Assembly: GCA_951406725.2 (NCBI GenBank)
Contig: OX597837.1
Span: forward strand, 35,216,001 to 35,280,000
Length of the DNA: 64,000 nucleotides
Reading direction: 5' to 3'
From: Octopus vulgaris
Lineage: Eukaryota
Of this stretch, positions 14,148 through 28,398 are shown piece by piece. Position numbers and translations under genes: made by a program. The notes under the pieces are model-generated. The model was not told the origin of the DNA and searched no databases. It saw only the letters and a program-made list of their open reading frames with translations. Within the stretch, counting starts at the first letter, position 1. Every line of letters starts with the position of its first letter.

Positions 14148-14505
14148 GGCGTAGGAGTGGCTGTGTGTTAAGTAGCTTGCTAATCAACCACATGGTTCCG
14201 GGTTCAGTCCCACTGCGTGGCATCTGGGGCAAGTGTCTTCTGCTATAGTCCCGGGCCGACCAATGCCTTGTGAGTGGATTTGGTAGACGGAAACTGAAAG
14301 AAGCCTGTCGTATATATGTGTATGTGTGTGTGTATGTTTGTCGCCCTAGCATTGCTTGACAACCGATGCTGGTGTGTTTACGTCCCCGTCACTTAGCGGT
14401 TCAGCAAAAGAGACTGATAGAATAAGTCCCGGGGTCGATTTGCTCGACTAAAGGCGGTGCTCCAGCATGGCCACAGTCACATGACTGAAACAAGTAAAAG
14501 AGTAA
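14148..14505 (+). mobile_element. SINE family A
   Basis: Near-identical to 8006-8415. Confidence 0.9.
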
Positions 14506-17500
14506 AAAAAGTGCTGGGGGTGCAGTAGGGTGGATGACTCGTTGAACTAAAAACCTTTCCAGGGGTGCTCCAGAATGGCCCGTAGTCTAATGAGCGAAAT
14601 GAGCGAAAGATAAAAGGTAATATGGCAAATCATGTAATTAACGACATAGGAGTTATTGATAACCTGTCGGCTGACCTCTAACAGAACACTCTGGAACATT
14701 TGGAGAGCAAAATGTAAACAAACAGAGGAAAGATACAGTAAGAGCCAAGCTAAGCTCATTCACCTTTATTCCTCTATCTCTCTCTCTCTCTCTCTCTCCT
14801 CGTCCTCTTTCTCTAGCAACTTACCCCCCCCCCTCTCTCTCTATCTATCTATCTATCTACCTACTTATTTCACTGTATCTCCCTCTCTCTCTCTACATTC
14901 TGTGCCTCTCTGTTTACTCCCATCTCACTGTCTGTCACTCGTATATATATATATATATATTTATTTTATATATATATATATATACATCTCAGCCTCTCTT
15001 TCTCTCTCTATCACTCTTCTTTCTCTCTTTTTTATTTATCTCCCTCTCTTCTCCTCTCTATATATTTCTGTTTCTCTCCTCCATCACTATCTCTCTCTCT
15101 CTCACACTCTTCTTTCTCTCTTTCTTTTTATCTATCTCCCTATTTCTCCTCTTCTCTATATATTTGTTTCTCTTCTTCTCCATCACTATCACTCTCTCTC
15201 TCTTCTTTCTCTCTCTTTTTTTATCTATCTCCCTATCTCTCCTCCACTCTATGTATTTCTGTTTCTCTCCATCACTATCTCTCCCTCTCTCTCTCTCTTT
15301 CTCTGTCCCTCTCTCTCTCTCTCTATCTCTCTCCCTCCCTCCCTCTCAACACAGGCTGCAATAGTTAACTCCAACCACCAACTCACGAAACAACAAACTG
15401 AGATCTCGAAAGAAGGATTAGATTAATCCACATGTTACATATTTTCCTGGAAATTGATTGTACGGTATGGGTGGTAGTGGGGTGTGTGATCGGTAGTAGT
15501 GGGGGTTGTGGTGGTGTGGCAGTGGCGGTGGTGGTGGTGGTTGAACCAGTTGTTTTGGTTATGACATAATTTCAACGGTGTCGATAGGCGCAGACGCAAC
15601 TGCGTAGTAAGAAGCTTGCTTCTCAACCGCATGGTTCCGGGTTCAGTCCCACTGCATGCCACCATGGGCAAGCATCTTCTGCTATAGCCTTGGGCCAACC
15701 AAAGCTTTGTGAGTGGATTTAGTAGAAAGAAACTAAAGGAAGGTGAAGAGCTGGCAGAAACATTAGCACGCCGGGCGAAATGCTTAGCGGTATTTCGTCT
15801 GCCGCTACGTTCTGAGTTCAAATTCCGCCGAGGTCGACTTTGCTTTTCATCCTTTCGGGGTCGATTAAATAAGTACCAGTTACGCACTGGGGTCAATATA
15901 ATCGACTTAATCCGTTTGTCTGTCCTTTTTTGTCCCCTCTGTGTGTTACCCCTGCAAAAAGTCTTGGGTATGCTACCAGTAAACATTCACATGAAGATAT
16001 TACAATATATATGTATTGCAAGCTGTCTTTTCTGGCCATTATTGTAAACATTGTTTTCATAGGAAAAATGTGTCTGTGAACACTATCAGTTTGCATATAG
16101 ATTGATTGATTGAGGAAGGCCATGTGGTGAGATAAGGGGATGTTTGCTACTTTATTTCATCTAACATGTGGACAGAACAAATCAACCCCACTACCTACTT
16201 TTTTTAAAGCTTGATACTTATTCTATTGGTCTCTTTTGCCAAAACCCAAAGTTATGGGGACATAAACACACTATCCCCAGTTGTCAAGAGGTGTTGGCAA
16301 ACGAACAGGTACAAAGATACACACATACACACACATATATATATATATTTATATATACATACATACATACATACATACACACAAAGGGCTCCTTTCAGTG
16401 TCCATCTCCCAAATCAACTCACAAGGGCCAAAGCTATAGCAGAAGAAAGTAGAAGACATTTGGCCAGAAGACCACACGGTGGGACTGAACCTGAACCATG
16501 TGACTGGGAAGGGAATTTAAATAAATCCTTATATATTCTCAGTTTTTCAACTTCATTTATTTCTTACATACATACATACATATATATATCATCATCATCA
16601 TCATCACTATCATCATTTAACGTCCGCTTTCCATACTGGCATGGGTTGGACAATTTGACTGAGGACTGGCGAACCAGATGGCTGCACCAAGCTTCAATCT
16701 TGATGTGGCAAAATTTCTACACCTGGATGCCCTTCCTAACACCAACCACGCCAAGAGTGTAGTGGGTGCTTTTACGTGCCACCGGCACAAGGGCCAATGT
16801 GGTGGTACTGGAAACAGCCACGCTCAAAATGGTCTTTTTACGTGCTACCTGCACAGGAGTCAGTCCAGCAGCACTGGCAACAACCTTGCTCAAATGTTTT
16901 GTTTATGTGCCACTGGCACAAGTGCCAGTAAGGTGACACTGGTAACAATTATGCTCGGAGACTCGTTTATCCTCAAAATTTATCTTCTCTTATTTTACAA
17001 TTTTATACAGTATATTGTTATGGTTTTTATGACCTATGCGTGTTTCCACTGCACAGACTACTGGCAGTTGCTGATGCAGTCTGTCACTATAATCGGTGCA
17101 GCTTCTTCAGCGTCTGTCCATTTGGCCAGTCTCAAAGCGATCTGAGTCGAGTTAGTTTTTTGTTAGTTAGTGTTCGGTTGGAACTGAAACCTGATCCGTT
17201 TGCAGGCTTGTGTGGCTGACACCAGTTGTGTGGTTCACACCAGTTGCTGTCCAAAGTTAGGGTCCAGTCAGTTTAAGTCAAGATTTGAGATTAGCATTTC
17301 TGCATGGTCCCCTTGTTCATTTTAGTGGTCGTGTGTGCTGTAGTTTTGATTTCGAGTGTAGTGCCTGAAGTGAAGAGTCCTTAACATCTTGCAGACGGAC
17401 AGTGGTACTGACCGCATCGAAATACTGTGTGTGTGTGACCAATGTGATGTCTTGCTCTGTGCAGCACAGTGCTTTCAACCCTACCACACTGAAAACAATT

Positions 17501-18608
17501 TGTGAATACATTATAAAACTATGTAACCACTGAACGATGCTATAGTAGAAGACACTTGCCCAAGGTGCCACACAGTGGGACTGAACCCGGAACCATGTGG
17601 TTGGTAAGCAAGCTACTTACCACACAGCCACTCCCGTACTTATACATTGTGTATCTAGGACTACATTATGTGATGTTCGGTTTTAGTTTTTTGCATCTTT
17701 TTTTTTTAAGGTGGTAGGGTGTGATTTGAAGGAGATTTAACTGCTACTACTTGCAGGTCAAGGGATCATGTACAGGATTCTCTTTCGTTAACTGAAGGAA
17801 TGAATATAAAAAAATATATAATAATGATGAACGAAGTCTCCCAGCAGCGAATTAGTACTAAATCTGCCTGCAAGGGGTTAATAGTTCATATATTCATTTT
17901 TATGGTTGTAGTGCTGAAGCTTTGCAGTGTACCTGGACTTAATTTCTTAGGCTCAGGGTAGCTCAGGGTATGTTCTTCTCTTTGTCACATCACATACAAC
18001 TGTGGGTGGGGCATTGGCTAGCCAGAACCATCTTTATTCTTTTTAAAAGCAGTGGCAGTGTTCTAAGCATTATTGGTCGTACGTACTCAACGCATGTGTT
18101 TCTGTTGTTTGCCAGTTCACTGCAATAAAGCACCTGGAAGTCACAGACAGGTAAGACAACTCATCCCAGATCTCACTCAGGAGAAACAGATAACGTTTCG
18201 ACATTTTTGTGGCTTATCAACATCACTTACCTGAACTGAACCAGGGCAGAATCGAATCACCTGTCTACAACAATATACAAATAGTTTTAAAACCTGTTTG
18301 CTGGTATGCCACAACAATGCATATATAAGATGGTGAAATATCAGTGACCATCACTCCTGAATGGGATCTGTGGGAGTTGTCTTGCTGGTCTATAACTTAC
18401 AGGGATTTTGACACTGCAGCAAAATGGCAAACGAGCAAAACATAGACTTTGAGTATGTGCAACCATCATCATCATCGTCATCATTTAATGTCCATCTTCC
18501 ATGCATGCATGGGTAGGATGGGTGATTTTAATCACCTTATTTTGAAATTGTATGGATAATACCATACTAAATTCTGGTGCCTCAACTTAAGTACCATATT
18601 CATCTGAA

Positions 18609-18660
<52 letters not shown>

Positions 18661-19099
18661 TATATTTGAAGTTTATAGAAAAACAAAAGACGAAGATAGG
18701 TGCTTGGGAAAATGAAAATGTCTTTTACATTTCAAGCCTATGCTCTTTGAGAGAAAGGAATAAGAGAAAAAACCCAGAAAGAATGAAAACAAACCTGTAG
18801 AGTTCAGTGGTCCAGCATAGCAAATCATATACATATATGTATGCATGTGTGTATATATATATATGTGTGTGTGTGTGTGTATGATTTAATGTAAAAGTAA
18901 TCAAATCTTTAGAATTACAAACAATGTTCCATGTGTGGAAGCAAAACTTAAAATAGATGAAGTAAATTTACCAAAGACTAAAGCGTTAGCACTACATATG
19001 CATACACATATTCACCAATTATGTTTTACATGTTTCAAAATATACATGTATAGGTATATTCAGGTATATTTATATATGTGTGTGTAAATCTATAAGTAC

Positions 19100-19145
<46 letters not shown>

Positions 19146-19192
19146 TAAATAAATAAATGGAGTTGAACAAAGATGTTAATAAAATTCCTTTA

Positions 19193-19272
19193 CTTTCGAC
19201 ATGTTTCGAAGACAACATGGTTTTATTCCAAAGGAATAAACGGTGTAAGATGCAATCTTCTTATCAGGAAAG
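19193..19272 (-). ncRNA. Hammerhead motif with extended stem II
   Basis: CTTTC-CTGATAA-GAAGA-[insert with TTTATTCC/GGAATAAA hairpin]-TCTTC-GAAACATGTC-GAAAG; palindromic ACATGT stem III, core G8 changed to A. Confidence 0.65.
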
Positions 19273-19452
19273 AAAGAGAGCCTCTCTCAACAACAAGACA
19301 AAATAATAATTACGATGACTGCCTACGTGTTTCTGACGTGAATTTGCTACCCTGGTATCGGTTCATCGAATTTTCTATGTTGACGGTAAACATAGGATAA
19401 TTCATTCACCCATCGAAATATATATATATATACATATACACATATACACACA

Positions 19453-19701
19453 CAGGGTGGTGCAAAAGTAGGTATACAGTTATAAAAAAAATCATGTACA
19501 ATACTCACTTATTTTTATCAAAAAGATTAAAAGTGACAATAAAAGTATTATTATAGTTATGACAAACGCATTATTATGTTTAATGACACTAAAAATTTTC
19601 AAAAATGAGGTTAACTAATTTAATGTGTTAATAATTTTAACGAATTAAGTATTATATCACGGATATGATACTTACTGTATACCTACTTTTGCACACCACT
19701 G
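19453..19701. mobile_element. Tc1/mariner-type MITE
   Basis: TIRs CAGGGTGGTGCAAAAGTAGGTATACAGT / ACTGTATACCTACTTTTGCACACCACTG. Confidence 0.8.
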
Positions 19702-19782
19702 TGTTTGTGTGTCTATATATAAAGGTGTAGCGTTTGTAAGAGTATAGATTGAATTGATATATCGGTTCCATTCTAGCAAAAA

Positions 19783-19820
19783 CTGTCTGATGAACGGCAA
19801 CGAGAAACTCAGAGTAACAG
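19783..19820 (+). ncRNA. Hammerhead ribozyme motif
   Basis: CTGT-CTGATGA-ACG-gcaa-CGA-GAAA-CTCAGAG-TA-ACAG; related decayed copies at 19992-20029 (+) and about 49905-49942 (-). Confidence 0.65.
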
Positions 19821-20082
19821 ATTTTGTTGAATTTTCTGCTGCTTAAAATAAAGTATATATATATATATATATATATACTGGAGTAAACACATAAATGTGA
19901 AACAAGGTGGAAAAAAGAGTACTCAAATACCAGTGGTAGAGTAATATGCTTTACTTAAAAGCAGCAGAAAATTCAACAAAACCTGTTAAAACTGTCCGAC
20001 AAACGGGAACGTGAAACTCAGAGTGACAGGTTTTGTTGAATTTTCTGCTGCTTTCAAATAAAGTATATACATATATATATAA

Positions 20083-20113
<31 letters not shown>

Positions 20114-22387
20114 AACACACAGCTTGGACAATGAACATGAAATGACGATGATATATATATGTAATATATATGTATATATAAACGCATACATTCACAGGTG
20201 TATAAACGTGTGTGTGTAAATATACAAGTATACACAGCACACATCAAACACCCAGGTGCCTAGGTAGTTAAGCTACCATAAGTGGCAGATAATCCCCAGT
20301 TTGATATTCTTCATTTCAAGGCGAAGTCTGTGAGAGTGAGACACTGAAATAAATCAGCATGGGGTTACCAAGGAACGGTAAAGCACGTCACAAGCCAAGA
20401 CCCACAAGGCTTCATTAAAAAAGACTTATGTGGAAATAAATTAGATCTAATAAGGGAATGGGTTAACAAATCTCTCTTCCTTAATTATCCAAATGTGAAC
20501 AGAATTATAAACAGATGTAAATTAGATGTTGCTCAGTTGGTCATTTTTTTTTTAAAATTTAAGTAGACATGACTGCGTGGTAATAAGTTTGTTTCCCGAC
20601 CACATGGTTCTAGGTTCAGTCCCCATGCTGGGGAGCAAGTGTCTACTAATACAGCACTGAGCTGACCAAAGCTTTGTGAGTGGAAACTGAAAGAAGCCTG
20701 TCGTATATGTTTATGTTTTACTTGTTTCAGGTTAGCAGACTGAGGCCATGCTGGGGCACCACCTCAAAGAATTTTTAGTCAAATGAATTGAATGAATTGA
20801 TGTTGGTAGTTATTTTCATTCAAAACCTGACACTTATTCTATTGTTCTCTTTTGCTGAACTGCTAAGTTACAGGAACATAAACAAACCAACATCAGTTGT
20901 CAAGTGGTAATGAGGGGGGGGGTGCAAACACATACATACATGCATACATATATATATATACGAAGGGCTTCTTTCAGTTTCCATCTACCAAATCCACACA
21001 CAAGGCTTTGGTTTGCTCAGTGCCATAGTAGAAGGTACTTGCCCAAGGTGCCATGTAGTGGGACTGAACCTAGAACTATGCATTTGGGAAGCAAGCTTCT
21101 TACCACACAGCCATACCTGCACCTCTGTATATCTTTTACTTTTTACTTGCTTCAGTCATTTGACTGTGGCCATGCTGGGGCATTACCTTGAGGGGGGTTA
21201 ATCAAACAAATTATCCCCAGTACCAACCCCACCCCACCCGAAGCTTGGTATTTATTCTATTGGTCTCTTTTTTCTAGACTATTACATTATGGGGCTGTAA
21301 ACAAACCAACACCGGCTGTCAAGTGGTGGTGATGGACAAACAGAAATGCAAAGACACACACATAGATATAGATATCATCGGATGTGGCTTGTGGTAAGAA
21401 GCTTACTTTTCAACCACATGGTTCCAGGTTCAATCCCACTGCATGGCACATTCAGCAAGTGTTTTCTTCTATAGCCTCAGGCTAGCCAAAGCCTTGCGAG
21501 TGGATTTGGTAGACGGAAACTGTAAGAAGCCCATTATGTATATACGTTCCATCTTTAAACTCCATTCTGCCAACACCTCAAATGTAAAATTCTTCCCTGA
21601 AAACGGAAGCTGGTATTATCTGTAGATTTTTTTTGTATTAAATGTATTTAATATTTTTTGTATATCGATTTACCTAACTTGCTTGTTCTTACATTTACTC
21701 TCTACCTGCTCAAGTTCAAATCTCTTGAGCACAGCAAAGTCTATTCTATACAGAGAATACCTGTCTCTAATTTATAAACTCTGTGTGTGTGTGTGTATTT
21801 ATGTGTGCATCTTTGTCTGTGTTTGTTCCCGCAGGACCACATGACAACCAGTGTTGGTGTGTTTATGTCCCCATAACTTAGCAGTTCAGCAAAAGAGTTT
21901 GATAAGTACTGACCTAAAAAAAAATAAAAAGTACTGAGGTCACATCATTTGACTAAAAATTCTAAAAGGAAGTGCCCCAGCATGGCCAGAGTCTAATGAC
22001 TGAAACAAGTAAAAGATTTAAAAAATCACCATCACCATCATCATCATGTCCACTTTTGGTGCTGGCATGGGTTGTACACTTTGACAGGGAACCGGCAAGC
22101 TGCAGGGCTGTGTTGGGCCCCAATGTTGTTTTTAGTATGGTTTCTACAGATGGGTGCTTTTCCTAATGACAAGCTTCTTTCAGTTTCCATCAATGAAAAT
22201 CACTCACAAGGAATTGGTTGACTGCGAGCTATTGTAGGAGACACTTACCCCATGGTGCTGTGCAGTGGGACTGAACCCAAATCCTGTACCTATATGTGTG
22301 GTGGTGGTGGTGGTGCATGCATGTATGTGTGTGTGCATGCATGTAAGAGCATATGTGCAAGCATGCATAGATGTGTAAGCGTGTATG

Positions 22388-22425
<38 letters not shown>

Positions 22426-22670
22426 ACTATTTCTTGACAACCGGTGTTGGTTTGTTTGCATCCCCATAACTTAGCGATTCAGCAAAAGGGACTAATAGAA
22501 TAGAACCTAGAACTATCTGGTTGGGAAACAAAATTCCGCCAAGCTCAACTTTACTATCCATCCTTTCAGGGTCAATAAATTAAGTACCAGTTGCATACTG
22601 GGGTCAATCTAATCGACTGGCCCCCCCCACCTCCCCCAAAATTTCGGGCCTTGTGCCTAGAGTAGAAAAG

Positions 22671-22712
<42 letters not shown>

Positions 22713-23223
22713 TCACATACAACAGGACATAAGTTACATACAATAACTACATAACAACAACAATTTCTACGCATACAAGATTACCTCAACCTTCATCATT
22801 CATTGATTCCAAGAACTGTAACCTAATCTAAAAAGACATTTCTAAAACCACATTCTCTAACATCTATTTCAATAAATCGTTTGTACATAATTTCCCATGT
22901 ATTTCAATTGATTTTTCTTCCAATTCTGTATTGGTTTTTAGGTGATTTTAAATTTTTATACACTTTTAAATGCGATTACTGAAACCAACAGGCAAAATTG
23001 AAGAAATTGATTGAAGTTGAAATTTATATTTTCAACTTTCCATTAAATTCTTAAAAGAAACTATCAATCATAGCTGCGTGGTAAGAAACTTGCTTCCCAA
23101 CCACATGTTTTCAGGTTCAGTCCCACTGCATGGTACCTTTGACAAGTGTCTTCTGCTATAGCCTCAGGCTGACCAAAGCATTGTGAGTGGATTTGGTAGA
23201 TGGAAACAGAAAGAAGCCTGTCA

Positions 23224-23276
<53 letters not shown>

Positions 23277-23487
23277 AAATATTAGGGAATAAATCCAAAC
23301 TTACAGGGAAAAATCAGATTTAGGATTAAATCCAATTTTATAGTAAAATATTATATTATATTAAATTAGAGATAAAACCACTATTAGGCAAATCAAACAA
23401 TGAAAAACTTAAACCAATACATAAAATTAATTAATTTATATTATTTTAAATATATATCAAAAGTTTAATAAAAGATAATGAGTAAAA

Positions 23488-23556
23488 TACTACGATCGTT
23501 TCATGGCTGTACAATTTGTAATAATTCGAGTTATGGTTACAGTCAATCTTCAGGTA
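23488..23556 (-). ncRNA. Hammerhead motif in a large palindromic Penelope-like remnant
   Basis: TAC-CTGAAGA-TTGACTGT...ACAGCCAT-GAAACGATCGTA-GTA; palindromic ACGATCGT stem III. Confidence 0.6.
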
Positions 23557-23760
23557 ATTGAAATATTGATTGACTGTAACCATAACTCGAATTATTACGA
23601 ATTGGACAGCCATGAAACGATTGTAGTGTTTTACTCATTATCTTTTATTAAACATTTAATACTTTTGATATATATTTAAAATAATATAAATTAATTAATT
23701 TTATGTATTGGCTTAAGTTTTTCATTGTTTGATTTGCCTAATAGTGGTTTTATCTCTAAT

Positions 23761-23803
<43 letters not shown>

Positions 23804-24156
23804 TAGATCTATCTATGTGTATGTACGTATGTTTTCTGTTTGCGGTTGTCCCCGACCACCTCCACTGCTAGACAATCAGTGTTGGTGTGTTTACATCCCC
23901 CGTAACTTAGCGGTTTGGCAAAAGAGATTAATAGAGTGACTGGAAAGAGTAAAAGATAAAAGTTGAAAAAATATGCAACTCCACAAAGTACATGTTGAGG
24001 TGTGCTTGTGCCGTCATCAACGCAGACCATCTGAAACATGTGTTACTACATGGGGACAGTACCACATGGGGAGCATTAATTCACCTGTCAGCTTGTCGTC
24101 ATCACAACGCACTAATATACAAAGCCATAAGTGTGATTATGTATACATTAAAACAT

Positions 24157-24203
<47 letters not shown>

Positions 24204-26081
24204 TACACAAATACACACACACACACACACACACATATATGCACATATATACACACATGCACATATTTGCACTCACACACATACACATATATATTTACAC
24301 CCACATATATATATACACACATATACATGCATATATATATACATAGAGAGAGAGAGACATATATACATGCACGCATAAATACACACACATGCACATATAC
24401 ATACATATGTGTGTATATATATATACATATATATGCATATATACATATGTATATACATACGTATATATATATATATATATACATATATATGCATGTGTAC
24501 ATATGTATATACATATATATGCATATGTATACACATACGTATATATATATATGCATGTGTACATATGTATATACATATATATGCATATGTATACACATAC
24601 GTATATATATATATAGATATATATATATATATATATGCATGTGTACATATGTATATACATATATATGCATATGTATATGCATTAGTATATACATACGTAT
24701 ATACATATATATATATACATATTCATGTTTACATACATATACATGTGAGTGTGTGTGTAAATACACATGCTTGAAGAAACAATGTATAGTGGTGGAGGGT
24801 AGAAACAAATTGAGAGGGAGGGTTGGCAGGAGGGTGGCAATAAAAATAACTCTGTCTGCTATTGACTAAGGTGAGACTAATTTCCGTTCCACAAAGCAGA
24901 CATAATAATTAAAGGTGATCAACGGTGAGGTGTAAGGATGGGCAAGGGATTAAGTTGTGAATGGTGGTGATGGTGGTGGTGGTGGAGCGGGAGGGGGGTT
25001 ATAGTTGAGGTGCAGTGGAGGTGAGCGGTATGGGAGGGAATGATAGCCATGAGGGTGGTGGCGGTGATGGAGGTGGTAGGTGTTATGGATTGTCTTGGCA
25101 GTTGTCAGGATGGCAACGGAGGTGATGGAGTTGATAGCTGACGTTGAAGCATTAGTGTTGTTTACAACAATATTGACCAACACACACACACACACGTGAA
25201 TAAATGTTTGTGTGTATGTGTGTGTGTATGCGTGAATATCTGTACATTTAAACCTTTATATTTATATTTATGCATATATATATATATATTTACGCATGCC
25301 AGTGGCACATAAAAAGCACCATCCAATCGTGGCCGTGTGCCAGCCTCGTCTGGCACCTGTGCAGGTGGCACATAAAAAGCACCCACTACACTCACGGAGT
25401 GGTTGGCGTTAGGAAGGACATCCAGCTGTAGAAACACTGCCAGATCAGACTGGGCCTGGTGCAGCCTTCTGGCTTCCCAGACCCCAGTTGAACCATCCAA
25501 CCCATGCTGGCATGGAGAACAGACGTTAAACGATGATGATGATGTATATGTGTGTATGCATTTATATATATTATATACTTATATATACATGCTGAGATTC
25601 CCTTCAGTCATGAATGACCATGGGATTGCACCTAGAAAATTACCCTTCAAGGCACAAGTCTGGGCAAGGTTGTTTATGGAAGACCAGCAGTCACCCATGC
25701 ATACCAGCTTCCCCTCTTCATGCCACTGATGTTATCCAAGAGAAAGACAAAGGCCGATAGAGCTTGGCACCAGTGACGTCGCAACTCATTTCTACAGCTG
25801 AGTGAACTGGAACAATGTGAAATAAAGTACCTTGCTCAAGAACACTATACGCAGCTCGGTCCGGGATTTGAACTCACAACCTCACGATTGTAAGCTTGAC
25901 GCTCTAACCACTGGGCCATGTGCCTTCACTATATATATACATATATATATTATATACATATATATATATGCATGTGTATATATCATCATCATCATTTAAC
26001 GTTCGTTTTCCATGCTGGCATGGATTGGACAGTTTGACTGAAAACTGGTAAGCCAGGGAGCTGCACCAGGTTTCAATGCAG

Positions 26082-26116
<35 letters not shown>

Positions 26117-26347
26117 TAAGATACAAGGATTGAAATGTAGGGAGAAAGTCAGCTTCAAGCATTCCATAGTAAATAGAAAAAACAACTTTCAAGGACAATT
26201 GTGGTTTATTGAGATGGAAGATTGTCGATTATTTTTCTTACCGAAGTATGATAAATTGAAAAATGTTCTTTTTATATTTCATGGGAAGCAACCAGGGTTG
26301 CCGGATATGCAAATTAGAATACAATATATACCCATCCATATATATGT

Positions 26348-26383
<36 letters not shown>

Positions 26384-26485
26384 TATATATAGTTAATCCA
26401 AACATGAAAACACAAAGAGAAAACGTGAGGACGTGGAAGAAGTATAGTGTTATTGGACGCTCAGGAAAGGAAAGAAAGAAGGAGG

Positions 26486-26520
26486 ATTTAACATTTCGAG
26501 CGGAGCTCTTCGTCAGAAAC
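26486..26520 (-). ncRNA. Hammerhead motif (CpG-decayed stem III)
   Basis: GTTT-CTGACGA-A-GAGC-tcc-GCTC-GAAATGTT-AAAT. Confidence 0.6.
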
Positions 26521-26908
26521 ATAGAAAAAGGAAAGGTCCAAGGAAGGGAAGACAGAGGAAGAAAATCACCAACGATACACATGCGGTCACATATTATATA
26601 TACATATATATATATACATATATATATAGGGTCTTGTAGATTTATTGAGACCAATTTTAAGCAGGTGACAGAGAGTTTGACATTTAATTTTTAAATTTTT
26701 TTTACAAAACCTTGCTTGCTTGAAAATTTAATCTTCCTCTTTATTTTTCAAGTGAACAGCGAACTGATTTGACAAAACAAAGTCATAGAACAACGGAATC
26801 ATTCTGCCACTGTTGTTTTGGTGTGCACCGGGCACACTGCTAATAAAATTAAGTTGACAAAACTTCCAAAAGCAACAGTTTATCATGTTTATAAACGATT
26901 TAAAGAAG

Positions 26909-27136
26909 AGGCGAGCTGGCAGATACATTAGCACACCGGGTGAAATGCGTAGCCGTAATTCGTCTGCCATTACATTCTGAGTTCAAATTCCGCCGAGGTC
27001 AATTTTACCTTTCATCCATTCGAGGTCGATAAATTAAGTACCAGTTATGCACGGGTTCGATATAATCGACTTAATCCGTTTGTCTGTCCTTGTTTGTCCT
27101 CTCTGTGTTTAGCCCCTTGTGGGTAGTAAAGAAATA
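26909..27136 (+). mobile_element. SINE family B with 14-bp TSD
   Basis: GGCGAGCTGGCAGA...GAGTTCAAATTCC (B box)...AAAGAAATA; TSD GATTTAAAGAAGAG (26897-26910, 27137-27150). Other copies at 2503-2725, 15741-15950, 31403-31615, 34134-34545, 42218-42431, 49989-50220. Confidence 0.9.
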
Positions 27137-28398
27137 GATTTAAAGAAGAGGTGATTCCATCATAAAAAACATTGTGTAAAATTAAGAAATTTAACGAAGT
27201 ATCACAAAGATCAGGTGCGGTCCCAAAAAATTTTGAAAGGGAGAGGGCATAAGGTAAGAAGGGAATACAATTCCAGGAAAAAAGGGCATAATAACATTAT
27301 TTAGAAGGGTGTACTTCTTTTCTTGAATGAGGCATGTGCCCCACAGGCTCCACCTTGGGTCAGGCCCTGAAGATGCAAGCAGTGACACTGAACCCAAATC
27401 CATGTGATTGAGCAGCAATCTCCGTAATCATACAGCTATATAGACATACAGACCATAGAGAGAAGATGAGGCAGAAATACCTCCCATATTTCACTTGGCC
27501 ACTGGTGCAGCACCAAGAAAGTTAGGCAGGTAGTAATTGTGTTCACTTGTAGCTAATGTCTTACTGTTTTTTGTCAGTCATCATGGTCTGCATTGGTATG
27601 TAATATGTGTCAGTTTTTGAAACTTTTATCAAAAATGGAAAATCTGGAAGGTGGCTTTTTTTGCCATACCTTGTAATTAAATGAGAGGTTAGAAGTATGA
27701 TATAGGGGCAGAACAAGTCTCTTGCTGGTTACCCCAATTGGGAAAGAGAAAAGAAGATGGTGAAGATGTGTGAAGGTATACCTTCAAGTTACAGGAAAGT
27801 ATGACTGTGTGATAAGAAGCTTGCTTCCCAACCACAAGGTTCTGGGTTCAGTCCCACTGCCGGGCACATTGGGCAAGTGTCTTCTATTATAGCCTTGGAC
27901 TGACCAAAGCCTTGTGGGTGGATTTGGTAGATGGAAAACTGAAAGAAGCCCGTTGTATATATAGATATGTATACAATTTAAATAGAGGTTACAATAGCCT
28001 GATAAAGGGATGGCATCATCCAAGGAAATACTGGTTCAATACCTAATATATTTTGGGGGAGGTTAATATCCTTAAAATAATAGGTTTACATATAAACCAT
28101 GGTCCATAGTCATGTAAATAAAGAATTTAAAAAATAGAGATATTGAAGTTAATAATAGTTTATTATCGTGTGTGTGTGTGTGTCTTTGTGTTTGTCCCCC
28201 TTCCCTATCACTTCTTGACAACTGGTGTTTGTGTGGTTACATCCCTGTAACTTAGCAGTTTGGCAAAAGAGACTGATAGAATAAGTACAAGGCTTAAAAC
28301 AAGTCCTAAGGTTGATTTGTTTGACTAAGACCCTTCAATGTGGTGCTCCAGCATAGCCACAGTCAAATGACTGAAACAAGAATAAAAGACTATATATT

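Noticed and set aside
18189-18224. Possible minus-strand hammerhead TTGATAA-GCCA...TGTC-GAAACGTT
   Set aside because: Stems I and II are both imperfect; too weak to call.
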